Source: Paragordius varius (Eukaryota > Animalia > Nematomorpha). From it: a stretch of 64,000 bases of DNA. Below, piece by piece: positions 39,201 to 50,791 of this stretch. The notes under the pieces are model-generated. The model saw only the letters and a program-made list of their open reading frames with translations, was not told where the DNA came from and made no database searches. Made by a program: the position numbers and the translations under genes. The stretch spans positions 10,416,001-10,480,000 of the forward strand of contig OZ176054.1 of the NCBI GenBank assembly GCA_964247055.1, read 5' to 3'. Each line of letters opens with the position of its first letter. Positions within the stretch are counted from its first letter, which is position 1.

Positions 39201-41564
39201 AATTATGTTTATAGTGCTCTCGATTCCATATCTTACAACCTTGATAATCATATAATATATGTTAAAATTTGGTCCAAAAGCTTGAACGTTATCGTTTCAA
39301 TTATATTTATACAATCATTTGAAATATTGTTGCTTATTATTTCGCGCAAAAATAAATTAGATATCGATATATATAATATACATAATATTGTTATCATAGA
39401 GGTGTTTTAATAATTTTCATTGCATAAATTTAGCAAATAATTTTAAAGATGTGAATTTTTTCAATTATTTTGTTTTATACAACGCATAAAAGAATTGACT
39501 TTGACATAGTTTGCTTGCATAGTGCGCTAATCTGAAGAACTTTTAAAGATGATAAAATTACGTCATATTTTTTAGCTGTTAGAATGCGTGGATTCACTGG
39601 CTTTCTTGAAGGTTATATCGATATAATTTATGGTTCATGCTTAATTTATTTGCGGAAAATATATTAAAATAATTTTATTTAGTCCAAAGAAATAGTGGTA
39701 TTCCAAATGGTATGCTAGTCATTTGTTAACTATAGCCCCAAGTTTTCAAAATTTATATATTATTTAAATTTAATTTTAGAAAAAAAATTAGAACATAGAT
39801 ATTAACAAAATGGCCTAACAGCTGATTATAAAAATTTGTATTTAATGTGTATAATCATTAATAAGCTATTTTTCCGATCTACATTAAATTGTGTAGTTAT
39901 AAACAAGATATGTTTTATATCATCAATTGGACAACCTAAAACAAATCAAAAAACTAGTGTGCCAAAAAACGGACCTTTTTAAACAAACAAAACATTGTTA
40001 AACTTTTACGTTTAAGGCCTCGCCAAATTTTACTTAAACTTTAAAATTTAAAAATTGATTTTTGCATCTTAGACGCTTTACTTTATTGTCCGGTATTGGT
40101 ACACATGTTTATAGATTATGTACTTACTGTAAAAACACGCTTTGTAAAATTTTAGTCATTTAATTCACAGATAAAAAAATATATTATATAAATTCATAAA
40201 AACAGGTGACTGTTTAAAATTAAATTTAAAATAGTCCTTATATGCAAAATGATTTCCGAATATTGGAATACTACATTTTTGACCTTGCTATATAATCTTT
40301 TATATGATTATGAAATTTAGCAATGCGTCTCTTTTTATCAAGTAAACATACTTAACATAACACCATTTTTATAAAAAAATAATATTTTATTACTTGTAAA
40401 GGCATTAGAGAATCAGCAAACCGTAATTTTATTTATATATTTGATAAAAATAAAAGATCGATTCATTTAAAAACCCAACAATAAATTTGTTTATGAACAT
40501 GTTTTAGAGATTGAAGAAGTTGTTAATCGTAAGACCATTTTATTTTTACAAATTTTACAATTAATGGGGTTTATGTTGAGCAATGATTTTAACCAAGGGT
40601 GTGTAACATGCAGCCCGCGTAAAATTCGCAACTACATATTTCCCAAAAATATGGCTAAAAAATCTTAGTATAATATTTATATCCTAAACAAATTTCTGGA
40701 TAGTATCCAAACGAATTAAAAAAATTATAATGTGTTTGCATTTTACAAATCTAATAAATATTTATTTACCATATATATTACACATTCCACCCGCTGGGTT
40801 TTTCAAAAATGCGGCCGCGAAACCATTGATGTTATATCAATAAAAATATTTATCAACCAAAAATTTAATAACCAGCTATTTTAATACATTAATATCAGAT
40901 AAATTAGTTGTTTAAACACCAAATCCAAAAATTGTATCAATAAATATGTTATATATTGTATATAGAATTGGAAAATATCGCACAAAGTTTGTTTTTGAAT
41001 ATGATTTATGCAAAAATATTCAAAAAATTGATAATAATCTAATATCTTTAGATGTTCCACTTCAACCAGGTTCATATATCCGAAGAAATTCACAAAATAT
41101 AAATATTTTTTGAAAAATATTAAAATAATTATATACGTATTTTCGTTATGAAGCTGCTGAAGACATACAACAAGCATTAGGTATTAATTAAGAACTACGG
41201 AATAATTTAAATTCACTTTTCAAAAATTTAATGTCTTAAATTAAAAAACCCAATAGAAGAGATCAATTTCAACAATTGTAAGAACATTCCTTATATTTTA
41301 ATATGGATAATCTTTAATTTGCAATTTTTTTTTATTATATAGTTAACAACCCTGATCTCGAAAGTATTAATATAATTTTTATGAATTTATAAAAATTGAA
41401 ATAATTACCACCATATAACCAAATTAAATGCTGTTTGCGAACAGCTGCCCTTTTCAAAATCATTTTATATTGGAAATATTAAGCAAATTTTAAAAAACTG
41501 ACTGATTTTTTATGTAACATCAGCTTATGATGATGATCAGACGATACCACCCATTAATAAATAG
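18629..41564 (+). CDS. Unrecognised multi-micro-exon gene: low-complexity, N-glycosylation-rich / Ala-Gly-rich / acidic protein (~540 aa if all exons used); first exon not found
   Basis: AG/GT-bounded, stop-free, phase 1-1 exons: 18629-18685, 19240-19296, 20654-20716, 23180-23233, 23309-23371, 23828-23884, 24851-24910, 30893-30964, 31623-31667, 31745-31825, 32526-32570, 32657-32743, 33673-33759, 33838-33858, 33942-33965, 35022-35078, 35888-35917, 36043-36102, 36251-36295, 36632-36658, 36726-36737, 36808-36831, 36898-36918, 36984-37010, 37041-37112, 37281-37358, 37947-37994, 38489-38533, 39576-39611, 39683-39709, 40402-40422, 40508-40528, 41052-41069, 41154-41180, 41343-41363; terminal exon 41524-41564 (TAG) with AATAAA at 41579. 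Exons stand out as GC-richer islands. The weakest are 36726, 40402, 41052 and 41154. Confidence 0.75.
19614..20180. mobile_element. Fold-back MITE with 21-bp modular arms, family 1 copy a
   Basis: Ends TATA-CCATTTGCAC / GTGCAAATGG-TGTA; arms contain repeats of CTTGAACACTTCAAGTTGGTC; absent at the paralogous site (~24390) of the duplication. Confidence 0.85.
20206..20483. mobile_element. hAT (Charlie/Buster-like) MITE
   Basis: Starts CAGAGGTGTCCAAC with GCGGCCC subterminal motifs; paralogue at ~24410-24660; related copies at ~40590-40830 and ~41903-42186. Confidence 0.6.
21444..22499 (+). mobile_element. RTE-clade non-LTR retrotransposon, 5'-truncated and degraded
   Basis: RT motifs in shifting frames: REIPDVQAG, AFDSINH, KGVRQGC, KNLRFADDTTLIA, LNLNPKKTKIM, YLGSLI, KRRIALGK, FPVVTYAAESWTL, YIGHILR, GKVEG..KGRS.LRWLD; resembles BovB/RTE ORF 3' half. 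Confidence 0.9.
26052..26803. mobile_element. Fold-back MITE with 21-bp modular arms, family 1 copy b
   Basis: TATA-CCATTTGCAC start; ~8 left and ~6 right 21-bp units (source of the heptad-like ORFs 26058-26315 and 26622-26846); core homologous to 19670-20040. Confidence 0.85.
26832..26930 (+). mobile_element. tRNA-derived SINE (head resembles tRNA-Lys CTT), 3'-truncated
   Basis: TGGTATAGTAGG A-box, GGACTCTTAA anticodon-arm remnant, GTTCGAACC B-box, then body shared with 3864-4040; preceded by (AG)n. Confidence 0.65.
28022..29866 (+). pseudogene. hAT transposase pseudogene
   Basis: Zinc finger CFLC...HMETQQH, YCADNTNTNFGG, CAAHIMHN, LSLPGTNAATERVF; broken over several ORFs. Confidence 0.9.
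29929..30660 (-). pseudogene. Inverted, internally deleted copy of the transposase 3' region inside the hAT element
   Basis: Reverse complement is collinear with 28612-29820 (and 5265-6350) but ~730 instead of ~1200 nt. Confidence 0.88.
31365..31520. mobile_element. 156-bp hAT MITE (TAGGGTGACCA termini)
   Basis: TIRs TAGGGTGACCAGA / TTTGGTCACCCTA; GCGGGACAA subterminal motif as in the large elements; flanks match 6/8. Confidence 0.75.
32777..33089. mobile_element. hAT (Charlie-like) MITE
   Basis: Right end GGTTGGGAACCACTG, degenerate left end AGTGGAGTTCCCAAA. Confidence 0.5.
38003..38303. mobile_element. Tc1/pogo-type MITE (CAGTAAAA family)
   Basis: TATACGGACAAAA / TTTTGTCCATATAATTTCAATTTTTACTG-TA; further copies at ~45329-45615, ~49140-49422, ~50625-50930, ~55473-55765. 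Confidence 0.7.
38610..39042 (-). mobile_element. RTE-clade retrotransposon 3' fragment, heavily deleted
   Basis: Minus strand gives LWSSHDIKLKTKIRLVISLIFSSIVYA and SYFGQITKAKNLEYQLMSGKIEGSRNLGR, i.e. RTE C-terminal motifs. Confidence 0.75.
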
Positions 41565-42540
41565 AAAATAGCCCTTATAAATAAATCTTCATAAAATCTT
41601 TGATACCAATAATATTTTTCAAAGCTTGTTGATAAATATTGATAAAACACATAGAGATGAAAATTTTTTTACAATACACGTTATAATTTGTTGATTTTTA
41701 AACTTTTTATTTATATTTTTTAGACCATTTACCCGATTATACAGGTAATATATTATTATTGGAATTCGTATTCATCATTTCTATATTCTGTAGAACCGTG
41801 AGAATTATGTCTATATCAAAAACTTTATTGTGATATAAAAATTTTGTGTTAAATAAATATTGATAATACAAAATAAATTCGGGTATATTCAATGGTTAAT
41901 AACAGATATGTCACAAGCACCGCGGCCGGATGCGGCCTACAAAATAAGAAACATTAAATAAAAAGAAAATTATATAATTTGCGAAAATTTCGCTATTTAT
42001 TCTTAAAATAAAAACAATATTGATACCTTCTAAACAATTTTTTAATAATATAACCAGCGGAAATGGATGAATAGGTTTCATTCATATGGTGATGTTCGTT
42101 TTATACAGTTTTTACCTAATAAAATAATTATTAATGATCATTATTTTGTCGTGGCCCGCCAGTTTATTTCTTGTGACTAACATCTAGGTTGGGGTTTATA
42201 ACAATAATTATATGGTAAAAGTCTAATTTATAACTTAAAAATAAATACGTTATATCGAATAGCCAAAATTTTTACTATTTTATTAAGAATTATTGTTATT
42301 GAATGTGATTTATTGAATTGCGTCAAATATTATGTTTATCCAAAAATTATATCGATATTACTATAAAAAAATAAAAATGGACAAAATAAATAAGATAAAA
42401 GAAGTATAAAACAATTAATGTTTTTAAAAATTTGCAATATTTAGCATGTGCAAATTTAAATGATCGAAAAAAGGGTATGAATGTGGTGATTAAATATTGC
42501 AAAAAACAAGCGTTATTTGTTTTAAGCTCCAATCAAGCAA

Positions 42541-43262
42541 TCAATCAAACGAAATAAGTTGAATATCCTTATTTATTAGAGGCGTTTTGGGTTCAGGCTT
42601 AGTACTCATACTTATATTATTAGTATTTCCTTGAACAACAGAGTTATTATTATACAAATCAGCTGATATTTGACCCGTTTCCATATGAGAGGGTTTAGCG
42701 ATGGGGGCAGATATGTGTTCCAAATTGGATTGTCCATGAAACATACCATCCTGGCCATTCGAATTCGGATTCATATTATTATCTTAGGAATATGGATAAC
42801 ATAAAAAATATAAAAAAGTTAATATTATTTATTGAAATCGAAAAAAACTTTAAAATAAATTGTTGAATCAAAAAATAAACACCGTTTATTACGAATTTTT
42901 TAAATTCGGGAATCGGGTAATAATAGCCTTAAGATTTTGTGGAAATGAGCATTTCATTATTTTAAAATGTATCTAAACAAAAAAATAAGGAGGCAATTTT
43001 GATTAATTAACCAATAAATCAAGTTATCAAAATGAATTCATCATGCAACTGAAACCACCCCATTAAATGTAACCAGGCAAAAAATTTCAAGCCTTTCTTT
43101 AATGTAAAAAGGTTATGAAATAACATTATTTTATTAAACTTTTTGTTAATTATGGCGTTTTTTGTTTTAATACATTTACAAACTGTATAAATGAGTAGCG
43201 GTTAAACTGGTTTATATTTTGAAACCGGCCTCTAATTTAATTTTGTTCAAGACTAGATACAG

Positions 43263-43294
<32 letters not shown>

Positions 43295-46200
43295 AATATA
43301 AAGAAAACAAGACTAAAAAAGGAAAAGATTATCAATATATTTTATGCCAAAAAAAACACTTTCTTAAAGCTTAACTATGATAAATATATAATTTTATGTT
43401 TTGCCATTAAGTTTATAAAATTTTGTCTTAAGCGGTAAAAAAAAAATAATTACTTATAAAATTTGTCCCCTTTTCCGGTTGTACAACATAAGGAGCTTGG
43501 GGTTGGAAACCGACAGAATTCGAGAGCAAATTGTTTTGCTGTAAAGAATTTTGTTGAAAAGTAGACGGTTGTTGAGGTGTAAAATATGCGTTTTGGGGAT
43601 ATGCCCCTGTATATGAATAATGGGGCGCCATTATTGAAGGATTAACAGGCTAAGTAACAAAACACAAAAATAAAGAAAATAATCAAAGTTAAAAAAACAA
43701 AGAATAAAAAAGCCGTTTTGTATTAATGATATTGATTGAAATATTAAAAGGTTACACCAATCTTTTTTAAAAAAAATCTTTGAATAACCACTAACATAAT
43801 ATAACGTAATTTCATAATACTAAAAATTCCCAACACTAATTTTAAATTAATTTATATTAAGCTTATCAAAGTATCATCTCTTAGCATCTTTAGCGTTTAA
43901 AGCTTCTTATCAAAGTTTCACCAATCAAGTCTAGGAACCTCAAAACAACCCCTTAAAATTAAAAAAACATTAAAATAAAATATCGCGCTAAATCTCAAAA
44001 AATAGGCATAAAAAATTAATGATGAAAGACTTTAACTATGTCAACCATTCATGAATTTTAACAAATAAAAGCCACAATTCAAAAATTAAGGAGCCTATTA
44101 TTAATCCCTTATTAATTTCATTTATTAGAGCAGGGTTACTACACATGACTTTTCTTTCTAAACTGTAAGTAAAATATATACTCTTTTATACAAATATGCA
44201 ATTACATGTCTTTGCAAATCACAATAAAAACTTAACAAAAACAATAATATAATATATTTTAAATTTTAAAAAAAATCTCAAAGTGTAATCCGTGTACAAT
44301 TAAAAAAGGAATATATGCGAAATAATTTTAAAAATTACGCCCTTATATTTTTGCAAAATTAATTGTAGGTTTAAAAACCGGTAAAAAACCTGATTAAAAG
44401 TCGGAGGATTCATTGTTTGAACCGCGCCAGGATCCATATTCGGAATGTTGGGATCTTTAAAAATTTAAAGTTTAGGGGAAATTAAATATTTGACATAAAA
44501 AAATTATATGTATAAAAAATGAAATCATAAAGACAAACCAAAAACACAAATACTTTTCCATATTTTTATACACCAAAATTCTTTCTATTCTCGGAAAAAT
44601 AAGGAATAGAAATGTATACTTTTAACAATCTCAATATACATATAACAATTTTAATTATAGTTTGTATTTAAAAAAGTTTGACAATTGCAAGAAAATTAGT
44701 TTTTATTTATAGAAATAATCAAAAAACTTTACTAAACACTAGTTTTTTTAGAATAAATCAATTTAATAATTATAATTCAGTAATATACTTGGATATGGTT
44801 GTTGATTTTGATGTTGTACTGAATAATTTGGTAAAGCACCATTAAATTGATTCATATTCCAACTAAAAATTGTTCAACACATATATATATTTAAAAAATT
44901 TTTTAACCTTTTTTTAAATTAAAAAAAACATGGCAAGAGCATTAGATAATACATTTTTCACGTTCGAAACTTTTTTTATGATTATATTTAAAAATGTATA
45001 TCATTATACTTTTTAATGATTTTATTATAATATCATAAACCCAATTTAATTTAAATTATATATAATCATTTATTTTTCAGAAAAACTAAAATAAAAAAAT
45101 GTATTATACTAATTTTGGCCACCAGGGAAAGCGTATTGAGAATTAGAATCATACATCAGCTGTTGAGGCATTGGCCCAGATGGCATATTATTCGCAGAGC
45201 TAGATACCATATGATTAAGAGTATTGGCTTCTAAGCGTTGGAGTGTTATCATACGTTGATAATCTAAATATTCCTTTTTTGCAATAACAAATATATATTG
45301 CATTTTATACAATTATATATATTATATACAGTATATATTGAAATTATATGGACAAAAAGTATAAATATAAAGACAAATATGTTTTTCTAAAAGAAAACCT
45401 TACTTTTTAAAACTTGATTTTATTAATATAACTCATTGTCATAAATTGCCCAGTATAAAATAGAGATGCAAATTGTCAATAAAATCTATTATGCATTTTA
45501 CTCTTGTAATTAAATGAATATTATCGGATATATTAAGGTTTGAAAAGGTATGGTTGTTTTGGAAAAAAAATATTTGTCTTTATATTTTTACATTTTGTCC
45601 GTGTAATTTCAATTATATAAAGAAATAATAAAGACAAAACATAAAATGTAAATAGTATAAAACATTTATTTTCTTGGTAGTATACCATTTACAGTTCAAA
45701 TTCACCCTTAAACAATTCAAATTCACCCTTGAACAATTCAAATTCACCCTCGAACAATTCAAATTCACCCTCAAATAAATAACATGTTTTTTAAGATTAA
45801 AAATTACCTATATTTATTAAAAAAAAATTGTTTAAAATTAGGATTACTGAAAACATAATAAACTATGCCAAAAAGATATATTTCAGATTAATGATGAGTT
45901 TTATATAAAGCACAAAACACATAATTTAATTTTAGGGTAAAATTGAATTGTTCAACGGTGAATTTTAATTGTAAATAAATAAATAAATTAAATAAAAAAT
46001 AAATCATCACAAATCAAAAAAAATGGTATTTTTAAACTTTATTAGCTATTACTTGTTTTTTCTTTCGCATAAGTTCGAGTTTTTGTGCCATTTGTTGGTG
46101 TTTAGCCTTTTGGCGAGCCTCATACTCGAGTCTTTCCTTCTCGGCGAAATCTTCACGAAGTGCTTCAAGGGCCCCTCGGCCATCCTTTATTTGTGACAAC

Positions 46201-49200
46201 TTGTCTTGTAGCGTTTCAAGGTGATCTAAATTACAAATTTTGTTGAAAATTAAATACCATTCTGTACTGAGAATATGTAATTTAAAGATTTAAATATACA
46301 GTTTAGAGTCTCTTTTTTCCTTTTTTATTAAAGGGTAAGGAGTAAGGACTTAAATTTGTATCCGAACATGTGAAGGCTTTAACACTCGTCTGCCCAGGGC
46401 TGTAAATATAATTTGATGAAAATACTATTCTGCAGATTATATATGATTTACAATTCAAATTCACCCTTGAACAATTCAAATTTACCCTAAAAATAAATTA
46501 TGAAATATCAGTCTAATATGACTCATCATTAATATTAAATCTATTTTTATGGCATAGTTTATTAATTTTTCAGTATTATTTTAATTTTGAACAAATTTTC
46601 TTTTTTTTAAATATAAAAAAATATAGTTATTTTTAATCTTAAAAAACACATAATTTATTTTAGGGTGAATTTGAATTGTTTAATGGTGAATTTGAATTGT
46701 TTAAGGGTGAATTTGAGCTGTAAATGGTATATATATATATAAAAATTTTAGAATATAAATAATAGCTTGTAAGGTACAGTGTTAACTAAGCAAAAATATC
46801 TTATGTTGGCATCGAAGCAGTGTATTATGTTTAAAATAATAAGCTAAATAAATTATTTTGAAAAAATTAGCCTAGAGGCGATAACTAAACATTGACATAT
46901 TATTTAGTCCTTATTTAGGATTCATTTTTAACCGCGAAATTATGTAATTGTGAGATAAGAATTTTCCAAAATACATTTATTTTTGGTTAAGTTTATAATT
47001 TGTTTAAGAGCAATTTCATGTAAAAATAGTAATATATATTTTAAATTACATTTGTCTGTTTCTATAGATAAAAATAACTAGGTCTCTTATAATCCCAATT
47101 ATGGAAAAATACATGGTTAATAATCCGCAATACTCCCCCCTTCTCATATAAATAAAATAAAAATAGATCCCATGCTAAATAAACACTTTATTACCTTTTC
47201 AATTTTTTGTCCTAGTTTACATTTTGGAGTACTTTATATAATATACCAAAGCTAAATTTTGTATATAAACTACAGTGATAGGAACTGTTCATTGGGTAAA
47301 AAACAACAAATAGTCAACATTACAAACTTTTTCTCCCATCTTACAATATTATAATGTATATGATTATGGACTAAATATGTTTTATATCATACGATACCGT
47401 TTTCCCGCCAACAATATAGTGAATTAACTAACTATATTTTTATGAGAATACTCTAGTTTGGTAGTTTTAAAAAATACTTCGTTTCGTTTCAAGTTGAGCC
47501 AGCTGTTCAAGTAATTTCGGTTGTAGAGCTGTGAGCGTTGTGAAAAGTGTTTGAACAGATGAATCATTTATGATAGATCGATTCCTGGAAGCATTACTAC
47601 GCATTCGTTTTATGAAAATATCCATGCCATTTTGTAGGGCGCGGGCAAAATTTTCTGGATTAGGGCAGCCATCTTCAGATGATGGCTCATTATCATTATT
47701 ATATTGCGAAAAATTATTTGTTAGAGTATTCGAGGAACCAGTGTGCAAATTAGACTGTATAAAAATAAAAATATATAATAAAGATAATAGAATTACGCAT
47801 TCATTTTAATTTTTTTGCTAAAGACTTTACTATGAAAGTCGAAAATTGAAATATTTTTATAATATATACGCGTTGCAGGTTAATTTTTAAGAAATTTTAT
47901 ATATAAAAATATGTATTAAAAATGACAGAATTATAAAGATTAAAAATAATGAATTAATAACAACCCTAACATTTACCAATTTCCAATCAAAATTTTGCCC
48001 CTATCGAACACTAAAATTAAACTAATTAATATAACCAATTAATATAGCTATTCGTCCCAAAGACAAACTGAATAAAGCTTATACCAATCATATTCAACTA
48101 ATATAAAGACAAAAAAAGGGACCTCTAAAAACCTGGCAATCCGCTTTTCAAAAGGAACTAGACTTTCTCAATGTAAAAATCGAATAAAAAAGCAATAGAC
48201 AGAAAATAATGTAAAACTATAACACGCACGCTTACCTCCTTTGGAAGGAGAAAAAATATCGTGTAAAGGTGATAATGAAAGTCATAAAAAATATAGGTAT
48301 AAATTATCACACATTATGTTCTAATTTAAACAGTAAAATATAAAATATAGTCAAAATATAAAGATTAAAAGACTAATATTTTATTTTCCATAGTTTAGTA
48401 CCTACCTTGATTTTAAATAAAACTCACAACATATCATTTTTGATTTACCGAAATAAGGGTTAAAGTTGTAGATTGGCAGCATACTAAACTCTTTATTTTA
48501 CAAACTTAGGCATTGAAAAGGTGTCAAAATATATATTAATTTGTAAAATGTACACAGTAAAAAGCAACAATTTTAAATATATTTTTTATTAACAACAAAA
48601 AAGGGTGTGCATACTTGTTTAATATTCAAACTATTATTATTATTATTTTGAGCTGCTGTTGATATAATCGAGGGAGTAGGCGAAGGACAGCTGTTTGTAT
48701 TTGTCATGCTTTGAAAATCTGGTGCACTCGGCTGCGTTAGGTTTTCATGCGGGACGCCAGAGTATACATTATTCAGGCTCCCTACTATATAATTATATAA
48801 AAAGTAAAAAAAAAATTCTTAAAAAATATTTATTATTATTATTAAACTAAGGTTTTATATAAAAAGTAAAAAAATTCTTAAAAAATATTTATTATTATTA
48901 AACTAAGGTTTTATATAAAAAGTAAAAAAATTCTTAAAAAATATTTATTATTAAACTAAGGTTTTATATAAAAAGTAAAAAAATTCTTAACAAATATTTA
49001 TTATTATTAAACTAAGGTTCTGCATATTATTATATGTTAATAAAATTGATATTAAGTGGGAAAAAATCACATGAAAACCTAACATTAAATACATTAATAC
49101 CTTCTAAAATTTGCATAGAATCAAATAAAAATCTGTCTAAAAAATTAAATTATACGGACAAAACGTTAAAATATAAAGGCGAAAATTTCCTTTTCAAAAA

Positions 49201-50757
49201 ACCACCATATTTTTTTAGACCTTAATCTATCCTATAAAAAAACATTCAATTCCAATCGTAAAATACACAATTAATTGTGTTACCAATTTACATTATTTTA
49301 TACTTTGCAGAATATAACAATCAGTCAGATTAATAAAATCAAGAATTAAAAAGTATGATTGTTTTTTAGCAAAAAATATTATATTTTACGTTTTGTCTCT
49401 ATAATAGCGCAATTTTCAGTGTATATTTAAAATTAGAATCTTAAAATTAACTTTTTTAACGATTTAGAAATTAAAAAGTATAATTTAAAAACCTAAATTA
49501 TTTTTAGCTGTAGAGTTTGGCCCAGTACTACTCAACAAAGACATTTGTTTCTGTTTATTTTCCCAAAAGGCCCGATCTAAATAACGTGCCAACTCATTCT
49601 CCATATCACTTTCAATCAAGGCCGTGGTGGAATTATTATTATTTGCGCTTTGATTAGTTGTTTGATTGCTAGATTTTGCCTAAAAATTAAAAATTATACA
49701 GACAGACAGACAAAAAAGGGTAAAATATAAAGACAAATATTGTATTTTTTTTCTCAAAAAACCCTGCTAAAATACTTTTTCAAACTTTATTCGTTCAAAT
49801 ATACCACATTGTGAACTGACAAGTATGATATTATATAAAGATGTTAATTGGTAACACAAATAATTATATATAAATAATTGTAACTATATATAGTTTATAT
49901 CGGATATATCAAGGTTTAAAGTATGTTTGACTTTTTAAAAAAACTCCCATTTTGTATGTATAGTTTCATTTTTTATATATAGAAAAAATAATACCTTATT
50001 TTCAGTGGTAGATTTTTCATTGGGCCCTACACCCAGGTATAGATATTTTGAAGCCTGTAAATAAATTAATATTAATACATTTTCAATAGGTACGAGTAAT
50101 TGGAGTAAAACTTTAAACAGTTTATTAGGAAAAAAATGAAATAAGGGTAAATAGGTTCATATAACAAATGATTAAATAAGTAAACATAATTAACTATAAA
50201 ATATACGAAAAAATATAAAAAACTACCAGAAAAAAATAAAAAAAGAAAAACTTAAATATTAAAATTTTATAAGTATTGGTGATTTTAATATTCATTCAAC
50301 ATTTGTTTATAAGAATAATAATAAAAATACACAGTTTTAGTTGATATTTTATTTATTTGCTAAAAAAGATATTTTCAATGAAACACATCAATCCTGACTG
50401 ACTGATATTAATAGCTTAAAAAATAACAGTAGTTGTTAAATTTAAGGCCCAAAAAAGTATAAAAACATAAATGGACATCAAATTTAAATTCTTAAAGTTC
50501 AATATTTAATGACCCTTAGATAAACTTTACACATATTATCCAAAAAAAGGAAAAAACCGCTTTAATATTTAAAGCATTTTTCACTTAGGTTATCATTTTA
50601 TTCCAAATAAACCAACAACGTTTACAGTAAAAATTAAAATTATACGGACAAAACATACCAATATAAAGAGGAATATTTTCTAAAAGACAACCATACCTTT
50701 TACAAACCTTAATACTTTAAACCATAACTCATTGTTTAAAATGGCAAATGGTGAAAT

Positions 50758-50791
<34 letters not shown>

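Noticed and set aside
47570-47809. Plus-strand ORFs overlapping HGS exons (also 52393, 54945, 58607)
   Set aside because: Antisense shadows of coding exons.
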